Assembly: GCA_028534125.1 (NCBI GenBank)
Contig: CM052816.1
Coordinates: 99,574,001 to 99,638,000, forward strand
DNA length: 64,000 bases
Reading direction: 5' to 3'
DNA from: Lama glama
Taxonomy: Eukaryota
Under the pieces are notes generated by a model, which saw nothing but the letters and a program-made list of their open reading frames with translations, ran no database searches and was not told where the DNA came from. Both the position numbers and the translations under genes were made by a program. Positions 24,781 through 37,529 of the stretch are shown here, one piece after another (position 1 is the stretch's first letter; the number at the start of each line of letters is the position of its first letter).

Positions 24781-26389
24781 TGGGATAATGCATCCTTTTC
24801 TATTTCACCGTCTTCTCCTTGCTCTTAGGCTAGGAGGCTGGCTGCTTTGGGTTACTCAGCTACCCAGGTGCATACCCAAGGATGAGAATGAGAAGGGCAA
24901 ACGTAATCTAATGTCCATTTAGAAGGTAAATGTATCAACCCTCTTTGTTTATGTTTGCCTTTCATAAAAATAAACCAAGAATTTACGTCACGGGTCACCT
25001 GAGGCCAGAAGAGCACCACAAACGCTGCTTAGTTTGATCCACCCTGAAAACTTCGGACCAACTATGTAAGTAAGACCCTGCAGAGAGGACCAAACTTAGG
25101 AGTGCGCACTTCAAAACCACTGTCCTCAGCCCACGCCCTCTACGACAGGTGCAGTTGGGGTGCAACCACCAGTAAGGAAACGGGCTCCCTGAGCAAACCC
25201 TCTGTGGAAGGGGACACGGGGTCCAGATGGATGCAATGAACCCACCCTCCTCAGCCCTTCACCCCGAGGTAGGGGCGTGCTGTTGAACGAAGCTCACTTG
25301 TCCATTGTGGAGCGGCTCACATCTCTCAGACCGGCCAGGCAAGAAGTGCTTACAATAAGGCCAGTCTTTCCTATGATAAACAGTCTGTTTTTGTGCTTTT
25401 GATTAAAATTTAATAAGAAAATATTTCAACGAGGCAAAGACTTGCTAAAAGCAGGTGAGGACAGACCAGCATTGACTCCACACAAGGCTGATCCCCCGGC
25501 TCCCCCGTCTCGGATTGCCTGTTCATCGGGACGAGCAGCGTGGGAGGAGACGTGGCCTGGCCCCCGGCAGGCAGGAAGGTCCCCTTCCCTGCGCAGCCCG
25601 GCCCTGGAGGAAGGGACACTTGATCTGGGGGCTCCCTCCTCCCCAGCTCACCTTCCGCAGCCAGAGCTCCTGTCCAGCAGCTGTGCGGACGCCAAATTCC
25701 ACGGTGGCGGGAGGATTTCTGAGCATCTTCTGTGCAGAAATCCCCCTCGTGCAGCTCAGGGAGGCATAATTCAAGAAGGACAGGCTGAGCCAAAGAAAAC
25801 CAAGGCGTCTGAGCAGGGAAATCCCAGTGTGAGTGTGGAATTCCGGCCATCAGGAGGCTCCCCGCTGAGGGGACAGGGCGCTGCAAAGGCCGCTGCTCCA
25901 GCCTGTGTGGGGACAACCTGGGGACCGCCAGGGGCAGCCGAAGGGCACTGGCACACACTGCGCTGAGCCACCTCAGGGAGCAGGTCTGTCTGGGGCCCAG
26001 GGCTGAGTCTTGACGGCGTGGAGGGCAATCTGTAATTTTAAACAGCACTCCCATTAACAGTAGGTGCCCCAAATTGGAACATGTGTTTTCCAAAGAAAAG
26101 CTCCACTCAGCTGTTTTCCTGTGACTAAACATTAACTTTGTGAAATTACACGTGTAACACGTATCTCTGCATATGCGCACCCTTCCTCTGTATGTGTGTC
26201 TGTGTGTGTGCACACACATACATATGTATTTCTTCTGACTTTGGAAAAATGGGGTATGATTGGAAATGTATAGTAAAAAAAAGAAAGATGGGGAGATATG
26301 ATGAAGGAAGAATAAGCTAACGAAGAAATGATTCAGGCAGAGAAGGGAGAGGGCACAGCCCTTCTAATGAACTCAGCACTCACCCCTCT

Positions 26390-26487
26390 GGAGGAAAGAA
26401 AGGAAGAAAAAGAAAGGAAGGAAGGAAGGAAGAGAAAGAAGGGGAGGACAAAGAGAGACAGAGAGAGAGAGAGAAGGAAGGAAGGAA
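26390..26487. repeat. Purine-rich (GAAG)n/(GA)n simple repeat
   Basis: gaaaggaaggaaggaaggaagagaaagaagg...gagagagagagagaaggaaggaaggaagg. Confidence 0.9.
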
Positions 26488-28194
26488 GGCCATTTGAATA
26501 ACGGTGGCAGTGACTAGAGCAATGGGTTTCTGAGGACGCATCATGACCATCAAGCCGAGGACCAGACCCCGAAGCTGACCACATACGTGTCATGTGTGTC
26601 ACTAACCTCGTCTAGACTGACCTCCTCTTGAGCCTGTGAACGCCGTTGTCCTGCAAGTGGACGTGCAGCCTGACACACGAGAACTAGCCAGAGCTCTGGA
26701 CCATCTCGCTGTGCACACAAACGCGCCGCTCCCTCCTCCGCTGCCTCTGAGCCCCTCCTGTGCCGATCCCGCTTCTCCAGGGGTGCGTCCCCCCAGCCTG
26801 GGCGAGCGTCCTCCAGCCCATTGGCCCCTCTGTGACCTCTGGCCTTTCCCAGGCTGTAACCCCCTGCTTCCTTCCTGGCTTGGGGACAGCCTCTGTCCCC
26901 ATGGCCTTTGCTCTGTCAACCAGGTTCTCCCAGGGTCTTACTTACCAACTGTTGATAAAGACCACTCGTCATGGCTGGACACCCTTGCCAGTCCCCACAC
27001 ACCTGAGCCTCCTTGTGACCCCCCAGCAGGCTTGGAAATGCTCAGCATCTGACCAGCCCTCCACCAGCACGTGCAGGAAACCGAGGCTTCGGCCAGTGCT
27101 CCCCCAGCCTCCCCTGCTCCCGCTCTCCGGGGCAGGGCTTGCGATGAACATTCTGAAGACGTCTGTGCTCTTCTGGGGCTGCTCCCCTGCCGTCGCGCAC
27201 AAAGACCTGTTTCCTTTGGACTCATTCACGTTTCTGCTCTTGCTGTTGTGGTTCGGTTTGGCTTTAACAGGTGTGTCTCCTGCAGTCCTGTGCTGTGCAG
27301 GGAGCCTGGAGGCGAGGCCCACGGCTCCTTCTCAGCTCCTTCCTCTCTCCCTGACCCTCAGTCATTGACCAAACAGGCCCTGCTTCCTCTCTGGAGGGCC
27401 GGGCTGCCCTCGCTCACGCTGCACCTCGCTGTGTGACTTCAACCTCCTTGGAATCCAGTCTCCAACAACACATAACCTCACCTTCCAAGACACTGGGCTC
27501 AAAATCCATTCCAGGGACATCTCTACTGCAGGCTGTCCCCTCTGCTCTCATAAGTCAAGGAGCGCCTACGACTCACCGGGTCGGGGTGAGATGGCTCAGG
27601 AAGGGGATGTGGAGGGCAGCACCTTACGTCTCCGGGTGCACACGCTGGGCCGCTGGCCCTGCGGACCTATGCCCGGTGGTCTCAGGCATTCTCGTTTAAA
27701 TTCATTCTACTAGTTGATTGATTCTTCCAATTTTCTTCTCAGTTTTCCATCCCCTTCCCTTCTTAGCCTGTCAGGTCAGTTTTCTGACTTCTGTCACAGA
27801 GCATCAGCTGAGCAGACCCACCAGCTCTGTCCTCAGCCTCATCACTACCCTCTGAGTCCAGAGACAGTGAGGCCACGGAAGCCTCTCTGCCCTTTCTCTC
27901 TCTCTCTATGTATAGATGTAGATCTCACAGACAGATAGACATGCTGTCTCCATACATAGATGCTATAGGTAGGTGGATGTTATAGATGGATATTGCTAGA
28001 TAATACATAATACATAATATATTTATATAGAATGTATATTTTTACATAGAAACACAGCTGCATACCTACATAACATATTGTCTACTGGATAAATAAGGTT
28101 GGAAGGCCCTTGGTGGTGCTCTCCTACAGATTTTGAATCTCTACATGTTTGTGTAGAGAAAAGGGAGACTAACATTAGCAGGGAGAAAGAGACA

Positions 28195-28330
28195 GGGAAG
28201 CTGGAAGGGGAAACGTCCCACGGTTCTGCCGCGGAGCATGGTTCTGCCGTGGTGGTGGTGACATGCCTGCATGCATTTGTCAGAACTCAGAGCTATCTGG
28301 CAACAGAATAACTTTCTGACTTGTGAATAA
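28195..28330 (+). mobile_element. Old L1M 3' UTR end
   Basis: gtggtggtggtgacatgcctgcatgcatttgtcagaactcagagct is typical of the L1MB/MC/ME 3' terminus. Confidence 0.5.
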
Positions 28331-29287
28331 GAGTGCAAAGCAGTGAGGGGCATGAGAGCCGAGGGGAGGGAGAGGAAAAGATGACTTGAGAATTCAGAGG
28401 GATGCCCGTCCGCGGGCATGGGTGTGGACGGGGTGAACGTCCAGGCGACATCGCCAGCTCTGACTTCAGAGGAGCACCCGAACCTTAACAAAGTCAGACA
28501 GAACTGATTTTTAAAGACCGTGAGGAGAGGACATTCCATCCGTTTCCCTGGTAACCCATTCCAGCCACAGGAAGGGCTTTCTATCTCAAATTATTACCTT
28601 ATGATGCCGTTTAAGCTCATTTCCGCTCACGTCTCTTGGTTGTCCACCAAAGACAGCGAGCAGCTGGTCGCCATCCTTGGAGGAGCGCTCGCTGGTCCCC
28701 GGAACCTCATTCTCCAGATCCCCTGGCTTCATCAAACACGTGCAGTCCCTCCAGCCTCCCAGAAGTCTGGCCAAGTCGTTCACCACGGCTCATGTTCTGG
28801 TGCATAAAACCAAGCGCGGGGCTTCAGGAAAGGCCTGTGTCCTTCACAGAAAGCGGTGCTGGGATTGCATGGTTCCACCTGCCTTTGTCTGCAGGCTGGC
28901 ACCCACACCGATTACATCACAGTCAGGCCGCGTGGCTGACACGCGCATCGTTGGATTACTCTAGCCTCCGGCCCCTCCATACTATATATTTTAATGGGTG
29001 GTCGGAATTTGCAGATCTGTAGTATAAGGTACCACACGTTACCCAACTGGTGACATATGATTTGAAAAGTGGGTGATGATACCAAAGACATGAGATGACT
29101 GTGGGGTCCAATGAGATCGTGTGTAAGTCTCCTAGCTGAGCTCTGCGCACACCCATGGAGGATTTTAGCTGAAAGATAACCGTATCGATGAGGTGTCTAC
29201 ACGGAGGGCTGGAGAGATGTTCCTTTCAGAATGCTGAAAGCCTTCTGCACAAGCCTTTCAATTGTTCTGTTTGTCTGTTTACTTTGA

Positions 29288-29418
29288 AGGGGTTAGAAAT
29301 TAGGTCTATTTACTTATTTATGATTAGGCATTTTTTTTTTTAAGGGAGGGACTGGGAGTTGAACCCAGGACCTCAGGCCTGCTGAGCACACGCTGTACCA
29401 CAGAACCACATCCTCCTC
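29288..29418 (-). mobile_element. Camelid tRNA-derived SINE (Vic-1-like), diverged
   Basis: Reverse complement gaggaggatgtggttctgtggtacagcgtgtgctcagcaggcctgaggtcctgggttcaactcccagtccctcc plus A-tail and aaatagacctaatt; homologous to 57409-57563. Confidence 0.8.
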
Positions 29419-29969
29419 TTTTTTTTAAGTTCTTTTTTTTTTTTTTTTTTTTTTGCAGAAGACTTTGTTTCCAGTAACGCTATCATCTTGTTGTTTGGGG
29501 AAATACTACATGCACATGGTGTTCGTGTGTGTGAGAAGTCTTGAGTGTTTACGTCTGAGTGTGTAGCTGCACGTGTGTGTGTGTGTTTGCACATACGGAC
29601 GTTGCACTGGAGGAGAAAAGCTCTTCAAACTCCTCCCATACCCAGTTGCCAGGAGTTTCAACCCAGAAGCTCATAGTCTCCTTGATTCAAGTGCTTCTTC
29701 ATAATCAGACCCCGCTGCACTTAACTTGGGGGACTGGAGGGTGAGGACCCCCGTGAGGTGTTTTGCTGTTACTGCTGCCCATGTTGGCTTTGCTCCTCCC
29801 CTTCCCAGTCCGTCCCCAGGTATGCAGACTCTCGTTTCTGCCCTCCCCTGGGACTCTTGGTCTCCCTTCCAGACTCACCCCTCCCTTGATGATGGTTTCT
29901 GGACAGTATAACTGCCCATGCTACTTCGCCCTGTGGTCTCACACTTCCCCTTCTAGCCCTAATGGCTAC

Positions 29970-30680
29970 CGGCATTCTTGTATCCATCTCGTCAGCAAAC
30001 GTCCCAGGACAAAGGCTCAGAATTCATCAGCGACATGCAGCGCCCGTTCTCAAAGACTACTGCCTGATGGGGTTAGAGTGAACAGAGAACTGCCACAGGA
30101 TGCAATGTGAGGGGTCAGGGTGCACGTGCGCACACTGAGCACACAGGAGAGGACAAGGGCCAGAAGGAGAGGAAAGCTGAGCATCTAAGAATGGTGAGGA
30201 GATGCTGGCTGATGAGGGGGCGGGAGACGGGAATCCGTGGGAAGGTCTCCGCGGTCAGAGAGAGATCAGAGCTGAGGTTGGAAAGTCAAATTCAGTTCAG
30301 ATAATAAAGAGTCTTATAACTCAAATAGGCTAGTTGGGACTCCTGAAGGTGAGGGTGGCCCGTGGGAGAGTTTCAGCAGAGCAGTGATAGAGCTGCAAGG
30401 AAGAAACAGAATCCAAGAGAACGCTGTAAATCAACTGTACTTCAATACAGAAGTTTCTATAAACAGAGCAGACCCGTCACCCCTGAGTCAGGTGGGGAGG
30501 GCATGTGCAAGACTGGAGTCGGGGAGACTAGAGAGGCTGGTGCTGTGAACCGAGTGAAACGATGGGAGGAGCCCGAGCTTGGACCATAACGGGCCTGGCG
30601 GAGGGAAGGAACCATACATGGAAAACACTGAGCAGCTGGATCATGAGCTTTGGTAATTATTTACTTGGGGTAAAATAAGG
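29970..30680 (-). mobile_element. L2 LINE remnant, interrupted by a tiny L1 tail (about 30415-30455)
   Basis: Purine-rich antisense-L2 style sequence (gagagtttcagcagagcagtgata; ggagactagagaggctggtgctgtgaaccgagtgaaacgatg). The inserted gctgtaaatcaactgtacttcaatac is the extreme L1 3' end. Confidence 0.5.
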
Positions 30681-32884
30681 TGTTCATCTTGGCTACACTG
30701 AGCCCAAAGTGCCTGCGTGTCATCAAACTGGAGACCAATGCCCATTGGACAGCTAACCAGACGGGTTACACACTGGAAAGGTCCTCGCTGCGTGTTTGTC
30801 TTTGCCATGGCCCACGTGTGACCCTGCCTGTTTTAGCCCAAAGCTCTTACACTCTCGGGGTTGCACGTCTTCTCTCCAAACGTATCCAGCATGGAAGTCA
30901 TTTGCACGCTTGAGGGTGCACGTCGGGTTTACGTCCAAACCTACGTTTCATCCGATAGACACATACGCCAAGTCTTTCCTGTTGGCACCCTGTCTCTTAG
31001 TTCTGATGTTTACTGTTCACTCACATTTTAAACACAGTTTATGTTGTATTTCTGAAATATAAACACTACCTACCTACCGAGTGCCTACCTAGCGTGCTGG
31101 GTTTTTTTTCTTTTTTTAATGGAAGCATCTGAAGGACTTTTTTAATGGAGCCATAGGAACAGCAGAGACGGTTCAATAGCTGAGCTCAGAGCAAACTGAC
31201 GAATGAGCGTCCGCCACACTCGAGGGCAGGAGGTGCCGCGAGGCTGAGCCACTTCCGGGGGAGGGGCGTCCACTCTGCAGAGACTGTCCCCGGAGCCACA
31301 GCTACGGTGCTCGCTGCAGAACAGTTTCTGTTTGGGAAACTCGGGCAAGTTCTTGAGCCTGGCCCCTCAATCAGCAATAGAAACTCCATTTGCGGGTGCT
31401 TGGACTTACCCGCGGAGTGAACTGGAGTGCAGCGCGTTGAGAGTCGCTCAAACCGACACCAGAAGAGGGACGCTGGCCTTCAGCAGCACGCATCCTGACG
31501 CACGGGAACCCTCGGGCGCAGCGAGGCAGCGGTCAAAGCTGCTCGCGCCTTTTCTCTTAGAAACTGGAACAGCGCTTGGTGAAGTGTGATTCAGCTGGAA
31601 GAAACAAACAGTTTCCTGCTTTAGATCTGTCCGCCTCCTCTTCTTGCTCTGCCAGCTCTGCTTGGCTGGAGCATCCCCGTTTGGCGCACCGGTCTCCACC
31701 CACACCACTGGTTCTCGTTCTTCCTCAAGTGAACGGTGACACCCCAGTCATGAAGCATCACCAGTCTCTCAGGGACCCGCCCTGCCCGACTTGCTCACTA
31801 ATTCAGAGTCTTCCTCCCGCGTGGCTCAGCCACCGGTGACTTGCTCCTGCAGGCACTGGCGGCGCAGCTGCCCGGAACTCCCAGCGAGGACGGGCAGCTT
31901 CTCTTCTCCAGGGAAGCCTCACATGAGGTCCGCCTGCTGCTCCCAGCAGGAAATGGTTCCCTTTCTTTCTACTAAATTGTCTTTTTGCCCTGCTGGGTTT
32001 CACTAAGCCTTTCCTTCTGAAAAGTTTGGAGGAGACGTTGGAAGGGAAGTAAAATGCTTCCAGATCCAGGGCCAGAGGGAAATGTCTTTCTTGCTGAACA
32101 GAAATGTTTGGTGCTCTGATGCTTGCTTCTTGTTCAATGTCAATGCCTCACCTGTCCCCGATCCCACATTTGCCCCCCGACAGCCACAGCCTGAGCTCGT
32201 CCCAACCTAAAATCCCTTGCCTATTTCCCCCCAATATTTCAATGGATGGTTCAGATTTACTCATAGAGAGCAGGCTTGTCAAGCACGTAGGTGGCATGCG
32301 GAGCAGGACTGTCAGCTCGCCCTGGTGTTGGGGAAGACGGGCTTAGGTTCCATTCTCTGAGTGGGGAGAAGCCCTGAGCGGGGATATTAACCTCCTCTGA
32401 GCCCCTACATTTATCCGCTTTCTAATTTAAAAAGTACACTCACTTTCCCACCCTCCCATCTAGAAAACCTGCCAAACAGCCTTGCAGCTGCCTTTTCTCG
32501 TGGACCCAACGCTGGCCCTCCTGCCCGTCTTCAGGCGTCGGCCAAGTGCCGGGCTCCAGGCAGACCTCCGCCTGGGGGAGCCTTGCCGTCCTTTCATTTG
32601 AGGAAGCAGAGTCCCACTTCCTGACTCCTCCCGGAGCCCGTCAGAGGCAGGGCGTGCCCACCAGGAGGACAGACAAGTTGGGAGAGGGACCAATTTCTGG
32701 AAAATTCCTTGAGTCTGAGGCTCCTCATGGTACCTTACAAAGTGAAAGATGCTCTTGAGAGGAACAAAACTGGATTCAGGCCACCCTGGTGAACGGAGCT
32801 TGAGCTGGATTTAACTGGATTAATAAAAGTAATAAATTATACTTTTTAACATTTGTTTTATTTTTACCCTTATTTTTAAAGTGG

Positions 32885-33140
32885 TTTTTTTTTTTAGTTT
32901 TAGTTTTTTATTGAAGTATAATTGATTTACAATGTTAGTTTCAGGGGTTCATCAACGCTATTTAGTTGTATATATACATGCATGTGTGTACATGTGTATA
33001 TATATGTGTATGTATATATATATTTTCACATTCTCTTCCATTATTGCTTACTGGAATAAATTAAATATTGTTCCTTGTTCTCTACAGTAAGCCCTTGTTG
33101 TTTATCTGTTTTATATATAGTACTGTGTATCTGCTAATCT
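32885..33140 (-). mobile_element. L1 3' terminal fragment
   Basis: T-tail plus ttattgaagtataattgatttacaatgttagtttcagg...ctacagtaagcccttgttgtttatctgttttatatatag. Confidence 0.9.
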
Positions 33141-36100
33141 CTTTTTTCCCAGGGAAAACGTGAGAGAGAGGGAGGTCAATTAACTAAACAGGAGGCACAG
33201 CCAGAAAGAAACGCAAAAGCAGCAGGAGAGGAAGAGGTGTGGCTCGTTGACCTGAGGCACCTTGTTCCTTCTGCAAAGAGGCACCAGCGATTCCCACGGG
33301 GGCTGGCATCGTGTGATGAAATAAATGACACTTCAGGCTGTGCATGGAATTGGCCAAAAATCAAAACGAAGCCAGGTCTTGCCAACACCTGTTTTGATCC
33401 ACATCTTTTGCAGAATTCTCGTTATCAGGGGAGACGCGATCTTGGGTTTATCTTCAACAGCACTAGGCAATACCAACAAAATGGAAAACACTGAAAATAA
33501 TGCTTAAGAGGTTGAGAGTTTTCCCAAAAGGATGAACTAGGAGAGGGAACGGGATCTGGAGAAGTGGGCTGGGTCCTGGAGGCAGCAGACACTCCGTGCC
33601 TCTGAGTCTCACCTCCTCGTGTTGATTGATAGTGTCTGGGATCCTTGACGTTCACACAAGATGGACGGAAACCCACAGAGCAGGCACTGTAAGCCAGGGT
33701 GAAGGAAGCCAACAGAATAGAAGACAGTCCCCCATTTTCCCACCGCCTGGGCGGTGACACGTTCTACACGCGCCTGGGAAGAGCCCCGAGACGCGCTGGC
33801 CCTCGGGTGCCGGGGAGCCTTAAAACAGCTACATCCTGAACTCCTTTGATCTGACTTCATCCCCCGTGAGCTGACAGCATCAACTGATCTTCATAAGGAA
33901 ACGATAGAGTCCTCTCTACCCCGAATCTGTGAAGAATCCATTGTGAGATTTCAAAAAGTCAAATGATCTGATTAAAGATAGCCCTTTAAAAGGTGAATTG
34001 TGTCTACCCTGACACGCAGGGCAGCCTTCATCTGAAGGGGTCCGACCGCCGGGCAGGAGACACGTGCTCACAGAGCAGAGAGGACAGTCGCTCCCCAGGC
34101 CGGCTCTCCTTGTCTCTGCTGTGCCCGCCCATTCATGGAAACCATGTGTTTGCAAGAAAACATGTCAAAATCAACGTGTGGATGTGTCAGGCTTGTGCAA
34201 GGCAGAGTCGCTGGGTTCTCATTTTCTATTAGGGGCTGATGAAACAAACAAAGCACGTTCAGGCTCACAGGACAAATTCAGCCACCAGACCTAGGGGTAT
34301 GATTCAGGGAAAGGATCGATTAAAAGCATCTGCAAATCACCCGCTCCTGAGAAAAGCTGCCAGCTGTCCCAGACTTGGAGCTCCTGCCTGCCGCAGGCTG
34401 GGATCTACCTGGTCACCTGCAGTCTCTCTGCCGAGAGCGCACCACACAGCAGGAAGGGCACCTGTCAGACATGCAGACTGGAAAATGGGAGACATCTGGT
34501 GCTTGGATCACTTTGTGGGGAATCAAGAAGGAGCGTTGGGGGCTGCTTCCTATTAGGGGCTCAAAAACCACAGGACAGGTCGGCATGTGCACGGGGCAGA
34601 GGGGCCAGCACCTGGGGCCACTGGGCTGTAATTGGAGGCTCCATGTCTTTTAACGGGGTAGAGGTAGTGCCATTTCAGAGGAGAGGCGTCCCCCCTCAGG
34701 ATGAGTGCAGTTCTGAGGAATTTACTCAACCTGAAGAAACAAGGTCCTCAGAACATTTGGACACAGCGGGCACATTTGCCTGCAGAGCAGGGTCTCCCCA
34801 AGTCCTCAGCTGACCCTCCTCATGGGGCCGCTGCTGGCCACTAACTCACTCCTTCCAGTTTTTCAGGACCCTGGAAAGGGCCACCTGGGTCCCCACACTC
34901 AGTCTGCAGGTAGAACCAGATGGTGCCCGCCGCGCGTTACCCCGCAGAGAGCGTGGCTGGAGAGGACGGGGCATCACCCAGCCCGGGTCACAGGCTGTTC
35001 CGGGCTCCATCTCTCACCACCCAGGCTGGCAGGGAGCCCAGGCTCCAGCTCAGGTCCCACTGGGAAGCCCCCGGGACCGGGGGCCCTTCAGACCCATCCA
35101 GGCAGCACCTTCAGTCTGCCAGCGCAGCTCTAAGAGACTGAGCCACCGAAGCAGGCAGCTGGAGGGGTTCTCTCCCCGCGGGAAGCTCTGCTTTCCCTGC
35201 CAGCAGCGTTGAGCTCTGTCTTCTAAGAAGCACCAGGAAGGGGGCCTGATCGGGCCACCACCAAAGTTCCTTGTCGCCCCGGACCTTGACTGCTGTTGAC
35301 TCAGAACTAAGAGAGATCGTGAAGCTGCACGTCCCTGAACCAAGAAGATCTGCTCCAGGCAGCTTGCTATCATACATGGCAAATTCATTCTTGGAAATTT
35401 TAGTAAGAATGCAGAAGGCTGCAGAAGCAGGCACTCAACCGCATTTGTCTGGAGGGAGGGTGGTCAGCTCTGCGTCGTCTGGGCATGTTAGCTCCGTAGC
35501 CACGAGGAGGCTCTGAGGGGGCTGACCTTCCTGTTCTCCAAAGAGAGAGGAAGACAGTTATCTTGAAGGTATTGTTTCTAGCCGTTTCCAGCCTGTGAGT
35601 TAGGCAGTGGCTGTATTTTGGCGAAATGCTGACCAACGCTGACCAGGGAGGAAGTTACTTCCGCCATGGCTGCCCTCCTCAAATACGTGCCCTTCAGGTG
35701 CCAGTGGCTCAATGGAGCACGAGTCAATCAGAGAGTGGGCTGGAGTTGGAAAGAGAAGCATCCTTTCGTGTCTTTGAGAGAAATGCACGTCAGAAGATGA
35801 AAGTGTACATGACATCACAAAAGGCGAGTCCCCGTAGAAATCACCCGAGGTTCTAAAACACGGATTATGTACAAGTTCCCGCCAATCAAGAAAAAGGATC
35901 TTGCGCCAGACTGGAAAATGCAGATGGCAGCACCCAAAGGGACAACACGGGCCTCCGTGCCATGTGGTTCACAAAACCCTCTTCCAAGGGGCTCAGAGAC
36001 AGTGAGGAGACACAGGGGCAGTCCCTAAAGTGAGGGGCCCTTCTCCCTGCAGCCTCTGCCTCCGCATTCCTTCCCACAGTGAAGGCAGGCAGGTGCGCCG

Positions 36101-37414
36101 TCGGGAAAAGGCAGAGGAGAGATGTTCTGCGACCCTGGGACCACCTTCTAGGATAACGCACGTGACTTCTGGGTTGTCTGTGAGACGCGGGGTAAGAGGT
36201 CAAGCGCTTTGTACCTCCTAGTCTTTTAGACCCGTAATAAATGTTTATGATAAGGCAGAATGTTGCTGCCTATGCGAATTTCTGCCCCTGGTTTTGCTAT
36301 GAGGACAGGGCGTGGGGCTTTGAAGTGAACCAGTGCGACTCTTCCAGCCAGCTGAGCCTGCTCCAGGCAACTGCAACCAACGCACGGCCTTCTCGCTTAG
36401 GCTCGACTGCCAGCTCAGGAAGCAGACCGCCATGAGCTGCGATCTTTGATTTCAGCCTCTAAGACGTCAAGCTGTAATTTTCAACTTCTTTGAATTCTCG
36501 AAGAAAATCAGGCAGTTTGTAAATCTTCCCTTTTTCTGTGGCTTAAGTGGACCTCATCTCTTTACTTCCTGTTTTGCCAATGGTGCCCATAAAACTGGCG
36601 AATTACTCGTATTCTGGAAATAAAATCTTAACAGCGCACGCTCAAATAATGCTCAAGCGTTTCCAGTCCTAAGTAAGCGGTTAAGGGAGGTGATTTCCTC
36701 AAATAAGATCTAACTGTTTTTTCAGGGGTGAAGAGGAAGCTGAGACGAGCCAGCAAACAGGAGAAAGTGTCCCAGCAACAGGGGCTCAGGTCGGCCGGAC
36801 AAGAGTCTGTGTGAGCGCACGCGTGGCAAGCGTGAGTGTGCGGTGTGTGTGCACGTGGGGGGGGGGCATGGGTGTGAGCCTGTGTGCACATGTCAGTGTG
36901 TGTGTGCGACTGGAGGGGAGGGCAGGGGGAGAGGGCCTTCTCCTGGTACAAAACAAAAGTGAGACCAAATTTGCCTTCCGTAGTGACAAAACAGTTTTAA
37001 TTCATCTCGAAGATCTGATGATTACGTGTGGGTCTGGGTTTATCTGCAGAACGAGTTACCATTTATCAGATTAAACGGCGACTCTTTTCAGTGGTTGGCT
37101 GGCCCAGGACCAAAGGGCAGAGAATTCTCCAAGTAACAACTGGGAGATGCTAACCTTCCCTAAATCTGTGCTAAATATCTGTACCCAAGACACGGAGAGG
37201 CAGGCGGACGGAGAGAGGAGGGAACAGACGTCACGTGCGAGGCCGCCTCTGCCATCAAGTCGCCGAATCCCACCCTTCCCTACAGGCAGCTGCACTGGAC
37301 TAGCTTGTATTCCCCACGGACTTTCGGAAACAGATGAACTGAACAGAGTTGCTGTCTCCCGTGTTCATTGTTTGCTCGATGATTTGACTGATTGAACACA
37401 TTACTAGGCACACA

Positions 37415-37520
37415 GGACTAGATATAAAACAGATAAATAACGAGGACTTATATATATATAACTGAATCATTGCACTGCACACCTGACACATAAATCAACT
37501 GTACTTCAAAAAAAATGAAA
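37415..37520 (+). mobile_element. L1 3' tail fragment with internal deletion
   Basis: tataaaacagataaataacgaggact is joined directly to tatatatataactgaatcattgcactgcacacctga...aaatcaactgtacttcaaaaaaaa. Confidence 0.75.
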
Positions 37521-37529
37521 AAGAACTTC

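Noticed and set aside
25410..26219. 269-aa minus-strand ORF, the longest in the track
   Set aside because: Starts in a CA/TG-type repeat, has the low-complexity GC-driven composition of chance ORFs, and shows no recognisable homology.
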